NCBI GenBank assembly: GCA_964505635.1
Contig: CAZDIP010000001.1
Span: forward strand, 40,174-104,173
DNA length: 64,000 nucleotides
Source of the DNA: an uncultured Candidatus Saccharibacteria bacterium
GTDB lineage: Bacteria > Patescibacteriota > Doudnabacteria > UBA920
Reading direction: 5' to 3'
Shown: positions 40,311 through 48,669 of the stretch, in pieces
Numbering within the stretch: the first letter of the stretch is position 1
Layout of the letters: each line of letters starts with the position of its first letter
The notes under the pieces: model-generated
Database searches by the model: none
What the model saw: only the letters and a program-made list of their open reading frames with translations
Told to the model about the DNA's origin: nothing
Program-made: the position numbers and the translations under genes

Positions 40311-40547
40311 ATGTCTGAAATCCAAAATTTGTATTTACAATTTTTAGGAAATTTTCCGGAAAATTTACGTCCTGTTGTTTCCGTTGTTTTGGCTGTGCTG
40401 GTAGTGTATTCGGCTTTTAAAGTTATAAAAAAAGATTTTATTTTTTTGATTGTGCTGATAATTTTATTGCCGGCATCAGTACCTATTTTAAAAGGTGTTT
40501 GGCAGGGGATAGTCGCGGTGGTTAAATTTCTCCTAAATACGAAATAG
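40311..40547 (+). CDS. Small membrane protein
   Basis: 78 aa, two hydrophobic segments. Confidence 0.7.
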   Translation: MSEIQNLYLQFLGNFPENLRPVVSVVLAVLVVYSAFKVIKKDFIFLIVLIILLPASVPILKGVWQGIVAVVKFLLNTK

Positions 40548-40635
40548 TTGACTAACCTATAACTCGCAATTTATAACTAGTAACAAAAAGCATCTCAGTT
40601 ATGAGTTATTAGTTACTATAAGTGTGGATAACTTT

Positions 40636-40700
40636 AAGGTAAACGTAGGTTTACCTTGTTTTTATTATATTTTGACGTAAGGTGAACGAAAGTATACAAT
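40636..40700 (+). promoter_or_regulatory. lexA promoter with two candidate LexA operators
   Basis: Perfect palindrome AAGGTAAAC-GTAG-GTTTACCTT (40636-40657); TTGACG-17-TACAAT (40672-40700) overlapped by GTGAAC-GAAA-GTATAC. Confidence 0.75.
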
Positions 40701-40729
40701 CAAAATATAAAGATTAAACACAAAGTATT

Positions 40730-41347
40730 ATGAGTAGCGAAATTACCAAACGCCAAAAAGAGCTTTTAAGGTTTATAGTCAGGCAAGTCCGTGAATACAA
40801 TTTGCCGCCCAGCATTTCCGAAATGGCGGAATATTTAAAAGTCAGATCCAAAAACGCGGTGGCTAAGTTGTTAAAAGCCCTGGAGGAAGGCAAGTATATT
40901 AAAACCAGCGGAAAGGCACGCGGCATAGAAGTTTTAAATACTTTAGGAGAGAGTTTAGAAAAAGGCTTTGTGTCCGTACCTTTGCTCGGACATATCCAGG
41001 CCGGAAGCCCGCATTTGGCTGAAGAACATATAGAGGAATGGATAAATCTGCCTCAAAGTTTAATTAAGGGACGCAGGGACGTATTTTTGCTCAAAGTTCG
41101 GGGCGACAGCATGATTAATGCCGGAATTTTTGAAGGGGATTTGGTCATAGTCAAGCCTACCAAAGACGTAAAAAACAATGACATCGTAGTTGCCCTTTTG
41201 CACGACGAAGCTACGGTCAAGCGGTTTATACAAATTAAAAACAGAGCTTACTTAAAAGCCGAAAACCCTGACTATAAAAATATTTACCCAAAAGAAGAGT
41301 GGATGGTGCAGGGGAAGGTGGTAGGAGTTATAAGGAATTTGGAATAA
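40730..41347 (+). CDS. lexA: LexA repressor
   Basis: PPSISE HTH, QAG cleavage site, GDSM, TVKR. Confidence 0.95.
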   Translation: MSSEITKRQKELLRFIVRQVREYNLPPSISEMAEYLKVRSKNAVAKLLKALEEGKYIKTSGKARGIEVLNTLGESLEKGFVSVPLLGHIQAGSPHLAEEHIEEWINLPQSLIKGRRDVFLLKVRGDSMINAGIFEGDLVIVKPTKDVKNNDIVVALLHDEATVKRFIQIKNRAYLKAENPDYKNIYPKEEWMVQGKVVGVIRNLE

Positions 41348-41381
41348 GTAGTATCAAGTAGTTAGTATTAAGCGAAAATCC

Positions 41382-41771
41382 ATGAATGAGTCATCTAATA
41401 AAATTAAATCATTTACTGATTTAATAGCTTGGCAAGAAGGTCATAAGCTAGTTTTAATGACTTATCAGATGACAAAAAATTGGCCAAACGAAGAACAGTT
41501 TGGACTTATTAGCCAAATTCGCAGAGCAGCGGTTTCTATTACTTCCAATATTGCCGAAGGCTTTAGTAGGAGTTCTTGGAGGGACAAGGTACACTTTTAT
41601 TCTATATCCGTAGCATCAGTGTCGGAGTTACAAAACCAGTCCTTGGTTTCTAAAGATTTAGGCTATACCGCAAAAGACATTTTTCAAATCTACGCAGGCT
41701 TGACAGTAAAAGTAAATAAGTTAATAAATGGATTAATAAAAAGTTTAAAGCAAAATAATAAAGATGCTTAA
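41382..41771 (+). CDS. Four-helix-bundle protein (23S rRNA IVP-like)
   Basis: FTDLIAWQ..EQFGLISQIRRAAVSITSNIAEG. Confidence 0.92.
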   Translation: MNESSNKIKSFTDLIAWQEGHKLVLMTYQMTKNWPNEEQFGLISQIRRAAVSITSNIAEGFSRSSWRDKVHFYSISVASVSELQNQSLVSKDLGYTAKDIFQIYAGLTVKVNKLINGLIKSLKQNNKDA

Positions 41772-41803
41772 TACCAGCTACTTGCTACATTATACTAACT
41801 GAC

Positions 41804-41989
41804 ATGAACGAAGCAATAAAAATAAAACAAAATATTTTAAAACAGCTCCAGGGTTTATGCGCGCACTGTGTCACTAATTCAGTTAAGCCTCACAATTGTC
41901 CCGTTAAGCAGATTTCCTTGCGCATTCAGTCCCTTCGCGGCGTGCCTTTGGTGGTCAACAGCCAGTTTAAAGGCATGCTTTGGACATAA
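41804..41989 (+). CDS. Small Cys/His protein
   Basis: 61 aa, CAHC..HNCP. Confidence 0.65.
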   Translation: MNEAIKIKQNILKQLQGLCAHCVTNSVKPHNCPVKQISLRIQSLRGVPLVVNSQFKGMLWT

Positions 41990-42337
41990 AAAGAGGGCTG
42001 CCTTCGTTCCTGGTGGGAAACTTGGGCAGCCCTGAGGGAAGCGTTCCATTGGGCAAATATTATTCCAACCCGCTTTCGCGCGGCTCAGTATGGCTGCTCC
42101 ATAGAGCGACAATCCGTCATGCGACGGGAAAGTCTTGCCATAAGGCCAGTTTTTGAAAGCGGGTCGCTCGCGGGAGCAAGCTTATAAGCTTAATGAGAAC
42201 GTTATGGATCCCCCTTTTATTGGCGGGTTGCCACTGCTTGTTAGGCAGCTCTCTACGGCAACCCGCCCTCTCGTCGGAGTACATATATTTTATTCTAAGG
42301 TGATTTTTTAGTCAAACAAATTAAAACCCCCTAAATT

Positions 42338-42580
42338 TTAGGGGGTTTTAAGTAACTTTTGTTTTTTTGTTTTAGGCCATTTTTTTATTTCAGCCTCACG
42401 TTTTAAGGCCTTTATTTTGGTTTTGAATTTTTCAAAGTAGATTATTTTTCCGCCGCCGCGGCTTTTTACATATTTAGACCCCTTGCCTTGGTTATGAGCC
42501 AGTTCCCGTTTTTTAAGGTCATTGGTAATGCCGGCATAAAGGGACTTGTCTTTGCATAAAAAAAGGTAAAAGTAGTACAT
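42338..42580 (-). CDS. GIY-YIG nuclease (YhbQ-like)
   Basis: MYYFYLFLCKDKSLYAGITNDLKKRELAHN..ALKREAEIK; likely start 42580. Confidence 0.88.
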   Translation of the reverse strand: MYYFYLFLCKDKSLYAGITNDLKKRELAHNQGKGSKYVKSRGGGKIIYFEKFKTKIKALKREAEIKKWPKTKKQKLLKTP

Positions 42581-43024
42581 ACAGGTATTATAACAATTTT
42601 TAAATTCAGTATTGTTTAAAATAGGAAGGCGCGCGTTTGCTTTGTGGGGCAAAACGCGCGCCGGAATGTGGCATACATCGCACGGGCATGTGCCCTTGTT
42701 TTTGTTACGACCGGGGAGTTTACCCGTGTAATGTATACCTTGGAGGAGACTATGAATCCTCTTTATAAAAAATGCGGGTTTGCGGCCAAGACAGGCTCTT
42801 GATTCCCCTTGCAAAGGAACTTGGTAGAAACCGCAAACCCGCTTCTCTCTCAAACGAACAGGAATAAAATGACTTTAGCATAGTTTTTGTAAATGGTAAA
42901 GAAGTTTAAAAAGCAAAAAACCCCACATTGCAATGGGGATTGAAGAAATTTTTTATCTACAAAACCTTGAACTGCCAAAATCTAACTAAGGTAAGGAGGT
43001 TTATAAGAAAAGGTTATTTAAGTT

Positions 43025-43537
43025 TTACAAATAGCGAGCTAACAGCAAAAACACCACAGCCAACACCAATCCGCTAACATAAGATTTTGGCAAGTAATTG
43101 TTTTTGGAAATTTTTATCCATTTTTGATGCCACCAAATATTGCCATTAGGACCTTTCAGAAGCTGTTTTAGGGAGTCAAAATACCAATTAAAAACAAACC
43201 AGGAAAAATCCTCAACAAAACAAACAGCAGCAAAAATAGCCAGTAACAAAAAAATATTTTGGGTCAAAAGGAAATATTCAGCTATTAAAATTATTGGAAT
43301 AATAACCCCGTACATTACCAGTCCATAACCAAAAATATAGGGCACATTAATGGCTTTACAGATTGCCACCATGACTGGATTATTTTGACCAATGATTTTT
43401 CCATACCACTTGTCTTTAGGGTGACCCGCGCCCCAGCCTTTGTCTTTCTCAATAATAATTTCTAACAAAGCTACCGGCCAGGCAATTAGTAGCACGTTGA
43501 TAATAAAAAATAGGTAGATGTTCATTTGGATATCCAA
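43025..43537 (-). CDS. Hypothetical membrane protein
   Basis: Four hydrophobic segments; EDFSWFVFN. Confidence 0.75.
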   Translation of the reverse strand: MDIQMNIYLFFIINVLLIAWPVALLEIIIEKDKGWGAGHPKDKWYGKIIGQNNPVMVAICKAINVPYIFGYGLVMYGVIIPIILIAEYFLLTQNIFLLLAIFAAVCFVEDFSWFVFNWYFDSLKQLLKGPNGNIWWHQKWIKISKNNYLPKSYVSGLVLAVVFLLLARYL

Positions 43538-43572
43538 CTGAATTGGAAAGCTGAATTTAAAATTTTAAATAT

Positions 43573-44625
43573 TTATGGTCTTCCTTTATCCCGTTTATTT
43601 TTTAAATAATCAACCGCAAAAAGTGCAAAGGGTAACTCTTTGGTGTTTAGGTGCAAGAGGCTAGATCGACTGCCCTCCGCAACAAAATCGAAAGGAATAA
43701 AATCTGCGGAGCCGGGTTCTTTTACAGCCTGTTTGCGAAGCCATTCCATAGTTTTTTCAAATACTTCCTTGGTCAATCCGCCTTCCCCAGTCCTTCTAAT
43801 AAGCTCAGCTGCTATTAGCGAGGTTTTTAAGAAGAATAGATTACGTTTGTATTCCTGACCTTTTCTAATATAATCGGGCTGCATTCTCATTCGTTTTTCA
43901 GACTCAAATAGTGAGTTTACATTCCTATCCGGGTGATGGGTTCTGGATTTTTCTAGATCAAAACCCCAGCTCGCTAATTTATGTGGATAATAATTTGCGG
44001 TTGCAGTAATCAATCCTTGAAACTTTGAATCATTGGCAATGATGCCTCTACGGCTTCTGACTTTTGTTAAAGTGTTTATTACTGCGGCCGGACCATGTAA
44101 AAATTTAAAAGCATGTTCTTTGTATACTTTTTGTAAATCGCCGCTAGAGGCCGCATCCTCATAAATGTTCGGTAATGGTCGCGTGCTATCTCTGCCAAGG
44201 TTGGGACTGGCTTTTGTATCTTTTATTTTTCTGGTTCTTTGTAAGAAACTTTTTTCTCTTCCCGAAAAAATCTTGGCTACATCTTCACTACTCGGTACTT
44301 CCAAACAAGAAGTCCAGTCACCTTTATAAAACCAATCTTCAATTAACCGAATAGCCGTGTTAATAAACCTCTGATCTTCTTTAGTTTCTATATCTACCTC
44401 GCCAAAGCTTTCGTATCTAAAAAAATATTTTATCCTATCCCAAATGTGGGCTTCTAAAGCATTAATATCCAAATTATCTTTTGGAAACGCCTTGACTACG
44501 TTGGCTAGAGAGGTTGCATAATTTCGAATAAAACTGCGCAAATCCAATTTTTCTGGCTCCCCTTTAGACTTAGTGTCGTTTTCAAGAAGATTTTGGTAAG
44601 CTTTGAAAATTTCAGGTCTTTTCAT
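43573..44625 (-). CDS. Hypothetical protein
   Basis: 350-aa ORF. Confidence 0.7.
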   Translation of the reverse strand: MKRPEIFKAYQNLLENDTKSKGEPEKLDLRSFIRNYATSLANVVKAFPKDNLDINALEAHIWDRIKYFFRYESFGEVDIETKEDQRFINTAIRLIEDWFYKGDWTSCLEVPSSEDVAKIFSGREKSFLQRTRKIKDTKASPNLGRDSTRPLPNIYEDAASSGDLQKVYKEHAFKFLHGPAAVINTLTKVRSRRGIIANDSKFQGLITATANYYPHKLASWGFDLEKSRTHHPDRNVNSLFESEKRMRMQPDYIRKGQEYKRNLFFLKTSLIAAELIRRTGEGGLTKEVFEKTMEWLRKQAVKEPGSADFIPFDFVAEGSRSSLLHLNTKELPFALFAVDYLKNKRDKGRP

Positions 44626-44869
44626 ATGTTTTTATAAGTATAGCGTATAGTTTGAATTTCTGAAAATTTTGGCAAAAGTAGAATACCAACAGAGATTTAA
44701 ATGATTTTTGCGGCAGTTTCATCCCACAGGGTATGATGAAAAAAGTCGGGGAATCTAAGTAGTAAAGCCTGAAGGGTCTACTACGGGATGCAGTTAAACC
44801 CCAATCGGGCTTCTCAGCTCCGGTGTCATTACTTAAACAAAACACTTCCACCATTAAGGTGAAAGTTTT

Positions 44870-44948
44870 TTTGGTAGCGCTACCCCGCACAACTTTCCGC
44901 CAGTTGGCGGAAAGTTGTGCGGGGCGCAGCGGGGAATTCCCCGAACCC
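44870..44948 (-). pseudogene. Duplicated tRNA-Glu 3' end (att-like) interrupted by a palindrome
   Basis: TTTGGTAGCGCTA + insert + CGGGGAAT(TCCC)CGAACCC matches 46772-46799; insert contains a 20-bp perfect inverted repeat 44883-44924. Confidence 0.75.
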
Positions 44949-44989
44949 AAAACCATGAAAAAGACCCGACGCAAGGTCGGGTACTTTTC

Positions 44990-45022
44990 ATGGTAGACCA
45001 AGTCGAGACAGGTGGAAAACTT
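44990..45022 (+). repeat. 33-bp inverted repeat, left copy
   Basis: ATGGTAGACCAAGTCGAGACAGGTGGAAAACTT, exact reverse complement of 48618-48650. Confidence 0.95.
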
Positions 45023-45089
45023 TTCTCGCATTGGTAAAAGAGATTTATAATTTGTTTGTTACCAAGCCTATTGTCCCTAATGCTACTTT

Positions 45090-45686
45090 TTAGGTTTTGT
45101 TTTTTTGTTTATTTAATATGTCTGAAATTTGATAGCCTTTATAAATTATATGGCTATTTTCTCGTTCATAAATTTCTTTTTTCTCTTTTGAAGTAGAAAT
45201 CTCTCCGTCTAAGTATAAAGGATGGATGCCTATAGTAAACCAAATGGCTTTATATAACTCATCAATTTCATATAAGGTTAGGCTGTATTCTTTATGAACA
45301 CCAGAAGGTCGGTCATAATAAATTATCCAGCCATCATTTATTTTCATACTTTCATTTATATCCTCATTGTTATCTGGATAGCGAATTTCTTCCCATTGAT
45401 GCAATCTTTCTATAGTTTTTCGTTCGTCATATAGACTTAAATCCGCCTTTGGATACATTTCTTTAAATTTTTCCCAAATAGCTGGCAAATTATGACCAAG
45501 CTTTTCTTTTATAACTTTTTTTAGCAACATTTCAATAGCGTGATGAAAAAGATTTGCAGCTATAGGAATTAAACCGCCAAAAGTTGCCCATCTGGCTGCT
45601 AAATAGTATTGCACAGATATAGTCATATGCCGGTCTCGTGTAGTTTTGTCGTCCATAAATTTGTAATTACACCTTAAGACTTTCAT
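45090..45686 (-). CDS. HEPN-like domain protein
   Basis: ANLFHHAIEMLLK..LGHNL..W..IRYP pattern. Confidence 0.6.
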   Translation of the reverse strand: MKVLRCNYKFMDDKTTRDRHMTISVQYYLAARWATFGGLIPIAANLFHHAIEMLLKKVIKEKLGHNLPAIWEKFKEMYPKADLSLYDERKTIERLHQWEEIRYPDNNEDINESMKINDGWIIYYDRPSGVHKEYSLTLYEIDELYKAIWFTIGIHPLYLDGEISTSKEKKEIYERENSHIIYKGYQISDILNKQKNKT

Positions 45687-46650
45687 CTAACCAAGAGTTC
45701 TCATAAAAGTCAGAAATTTTATCTGCTGCTTTTTTTAAAGCACGCCCTTCCCATAAACCATTTTGGTGGTCAATTAAAGTCTCTAAAAATGGATCTAGGT
45801 AATAAAGCCTTACTCTGTTCGCTAAGTTAGGAACTTGAAATAGTGTCGGGTAATACTTTTTTAGCCAACCAAGTTCTTTAGTCATTTGGTAATCGCCGTA
45901 TAGGTGTTCTATTTTTTCTTCTACTGTAAATTTTGGGCGATGAAAGGTGTCCATAATTTTCCAAAGTTCGTAGTCCCTTGGTGCTTGGCAAGCCCAGTCT
46001 AAATCTATAATTCCGGTAAGCTGACCGTTTTTATGGAAAATATTTTCTAAATGTATATCTTGGTGAACCATTACGGCCGTGCCAGCTTCATCTAAGCTGG
46101 AAATGTTATTTTTGTAAAATTGCACTAACATATCGATTTTGTCAGCAATTTCCTTTGGAAGCTTGTCTTTTTGGATTAACTTAATTTCTTTTTCCGTTAA
46201 CCTTTCTACTGCATACTTTAAGTTGTTAAAAGAAGTATAGGAAACAATAGGCATACTATAACTGTCGCAGCTAATAGAGTGCCAAAGTTGTAGCTGTTCG
46301 GCTAGTTGTTCTATAAGGCTTTCTTTTTGACTATTGCTAAATGACATCCAATCGTAGACTAAATTATTACCTACTACCATTTCCATTAATATATAACGAT
46401 TGTCTTCAAATGAACCAAAGTCAATTATTTTAGGAACTTTTGCTCCTTTGCTTAAAAGTTTAGCTGTTATTTCTTGTGCTGGTTTTAAAATTTCATGTTC
46501 ACCTTTACCTTCCACCTTTAAAGCATATTTACCGCCTAGATTGTAGACACGATTAATAGAACCGCTTGAGAAACGTTTGGTTTCAAGCGATTGGTCTAAG
46601 TTATTTTTGTTAATTACAGACTGAATAATTTTAGAATATATGTCGTCCAT
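45667..46650 (-). CDS. APH/choline-kinase-family phosphotransferase
   Basis: GSINRVY, VPK, HQDIHLENI, GIIDLD. Confidence 0.85.
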   Translation of the reverse strand: MDDIYSKIIQSVINKNNLDQSLETKRFSSGSINRVYNLGGKYALKVEGKGEHEILKPAQEITAKLLSKGAKVPKIIDFGSFEDNRYILMEMVVGNNLVYDWMSFSNSQKESLIEQLAEQLQLWHSISCDSYSMPIVSYTSFNNLKYAVERLTEKEIKLIQKDKLPKEIADKIDMLVQFYKNNISSLDEAGTAVMVHQDIHLENIFHKNGQLTGIIDLDWACQAPRDYELWKIMDTFHRPKFTVEEKIEHLYGDYQMTKELGWLKKYYPTLFQVPNLANRVRLYYLDPFLETLIDHQNGLWEGRALKKAADKISDFYENSWLDESLKV

Positions 46651-46773
46651 TTATAAATTATAGCCCAAATTACTAATAAATAAAACAAAAAAGTTCTCCA
46701 CTTGTAGCATTGGAAAACTCTTGTGAATCAATATTGATAGTCAAAATTGTAACTTTTTAAACAAAAATTCATT

Positions 46774-46848
46774 TGGTAGCGCTACGGGGAATCGAACCCC
46801 GATTTGGTGGATGAGAACCACCTGTCCTAACCATTAGACGATAGCGCC
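46774..46848 (-). tRNA. tRNA-Glu(CTC)
   Basis: GGCGCTA/TAGCGCT-A-CCA acceptor, GGTGG-TTCTCAT-CCACC anticodon arm, GGTTCGATTCC. Confidence 0.96.
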
Positions 46849-46976
46849 AAATTCCTAACAATTCTAGCAGTTATGAAAAAAATACTCAATAAACGAAAAT
46901 AAGTTGTTTTTTTAAAAAGCCTATTGCTCAAGCAAAGGAAAATGGAAAACTTTTTTGTTTAAAACAAAAGCAAATT

Positions 46977-47005
46977 TTGACAAAAGCTTAAAAATCGGCT
47001 ATACT
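46977..47005 (+). promoter_or_regulatory. Near-consensus sigma70 promoter for RT leader
   Basis: TTGACA-17 nt-TATACT. Confidence 0.8.
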
Positions 47006-47007
47006 GT

Positions 47008-47290
47008 GGTCATCGGGGTGGAAACCGAATAGGTTTTAACACCGACCAAAGGAATTTAACCTTTATAACAAATCGGAGAGCCAGAGCGCCCTAGCCATAA
47101 GGCAGACAGATATGAGCAGATATGCTATAATAAAGTTAGAGACCTTCCGCTTTGAGACAAACATTAAAATGTTCGCCGACAAAGTGGGAAATGCCTTTAA
47201 AAGAATACCAAGTAAAGTTGGAGCTATTAAAGAGCACTCCATTTGGAAGCTGATTAGGCGCTTGAGTTATGTAATCAGCCTCCTCCCAAA
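47008..47290 (+). ncRNA. Candidate structured RNA upstream of the reverse transcriptase
   Basis: Stems: AAAGG/CCTTT (47048-64), CT-GCC/GGC-AG (47091-105), TTCCGCTTTG/CAAAGTGGGA (47145-189), TGGAG/CTCCA (47219-241), GCTGATTA/TAATCAGC (47249-279). Confidence 0.6.
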
Positions 47291-47298
47291 TTAAAAAT

Positions 47299-48609
47299 AT
47301 GGAAAATTTATTGAGCCGGCTTGGCTCTTTTATTTTGCTTGAGAAACAGGCAAAAAACGTTAATAAGCAAATTAAACGGAATGCGAAAAAGAATAAAATC
47401 GCCAATCCGCGCTTTTTTAACTTGGAAGAACTTAAGACATTACCAGAAAAAATATTAAATAAAAGTTTTACATTTGATTTACTCCGTGCCAAGACTATAC
47501 CAAAGCCTGGCAAAACCAAACGAAGACCGCTCTCAATACCAACGCCGAGAGACAGGGTCGTTTATGGTGTATTAAACAGACTGCTAAAACCTGCTCTTAT
47601 TGGGTATTTAAATCAAGCGCCTTCTTATGGAATATTAAAAAAACGCGGCGTGCATGGAGCGTATACTGAGATAAAAAAGCATTTAGCAGATGGTTGTCAT
47701 TATGTTCTAAAAGTTGATATCCAAGATTTTTTTAATAAAATTGACAAGGGAATTTTATCATTTATTTTATTTCCAAGAATTGCCAATACCGCTGACTCCT
47801 CAATTAACCATTTAATTAGGGACTGCTTAAAATTTGAATATAAGTCTTTACCGGAAGAGGAGGAGTTAAGAAAACTTTTTCCTACAAAATATTATGGCAT
47901 CGCACAAGGCAACGCTTTATCTCCACTATTTGCTGATGTCTACCTAAAGCTATTTGACTCGGAACTTAAACGTTCCGGTTTTAAAGTTGTTAGGTATGTT
48001 GATGATTTAATTGTTTTTACAAAAACAAAAAAGGAACTTTATCCAGCTTACATAAAAATTAAAAACTGTCTTAAGCCTCTAAAGCTAACTATAGATAAAT
48101 ACAATACGGGTAAATGTATAGCAACTGATATTACTCGGCATGTTGAATTTTTAGGCGTAGACATTGGACCGGGACAGATTTTAACAATACAGGGAAATAG
48201 GGTGCAAGCACTTAGGAGTAAGCTCTCGGCTTTATTAGATAGATTCTATAACAAGCGCTTTGTTCATATTTCCTATAAAGAAAAAATGGACGGTATTAAT
48301 GGACTGATTGAAGGTTGGGCTGGCGCGTATAGTATGTGTGACCGTGCTTATTTAGCAGATTTGTATGAGAAGCTAAATAAAATGATAAATAGTAATATTG
48401 ACAGCCTTTTAAATCGCGGGCTTATTGTCCAAAAAGAGCACGATTATCTATTTAATAATGTAAGACGTTTCCATTTACCTACTGGCAAAAAACGAAAGAT
48501 TACGAGGAAGAAAAAATCTCGCTATAGTTACGGAGTCAAGCCATCAAAAGGCCAATTGAAGATTTGGAGTGGCGGTATTTATAATTTAAGAGTAAATGTC
48601 CTTTACTAG
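47299..48609 (+). CDS. Stand-alone reverse transcriptase, group II-like
   Basis: IPKPGKTKRRPLSIPTPRDRVV, KVDIQDFF, GIAQGNALSPLFADVYL, RYVDD, EFLG, INGLIEGWAGAY thumb. Confidence 0.95.
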   Translation: MENLLSRLGSFILLEKQAKNVNKQIKRNAKKNKIANPRFFNLEELKTLPEKILNKSFTFDLLRAKTIPKPGKTKRRPLSIPTPRDRVVYGVLNRLLKPALIGYLNQAPSYGILKKRGVHGAYTEIKKHLADGCHYVLKVDIQDFFNKIDKGILSFILFPRIANTADSSINHLIRDCLKFEYKSLPEEEELRKLFPTKYYGIAQGNALSPLFADVYLKLFDSELKRSGFKVVRYVDDLIVFTKTKKELYPAYIKIKNCLKPLKLTIDKYNTGKCIATDITRHVEFLGVDIGPGQILTIQGNRVQALRSKLSALLDRFYNKRFVHISYKEKMDGINGLIEGWAGAYSMCDRAYLADLYEKLNKMINSNIDSLLNRGLIVQKEHDYLFNNVRRFHLPTGKKRKITRKKKSRYSYGVKPSKGQLKIWSGGIYNLRVNVLY

Positions 48610-48617
48610 AGCCAAAT

Positions 48618-48650
48618 AAGTTTTCCACCTGTCTCGACTTGGTCTACCAT
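48618..48650 (-). repeat. 33-bp inverted repeat, right copy
   Basis: Exact reverse complement of 44990-45022, 8 bp after RT stop. Confidence 0.95.
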
Positions 48651-48669
48651 CATTTAGATAATCCCTTCT

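Noticed and set aside
40623-40631. DnaA box TGTGGATAA as replication origin
   Set aside because: Single box with no cluster or dnaA context
42581-42853. N-terminal extension of the GIY-YIG ORF
   Set aside because: Domain begins at Met 42580; upstream TTG-started part crosses a hairpin and has no support as coding
44612-45031. 139-aa minus-strand ORF
   Set aside because: Runs through palindromes, the att copy and the inverted repeat; likely spurious
41382-48609. Diversity-generating retroelement (Avd-like four-helix protein plus RT)
   Set aside because: Genes are 5.5 kb apart, RT has QGNALSP rather than the DGR-type motif, and no TR/VR pair differing at adenines was seen
47008-48609. Retron
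   Set aside because: No VTG in region 7, no NAxxH, and no clear a1/a2 inverted repeat enclosing the leader
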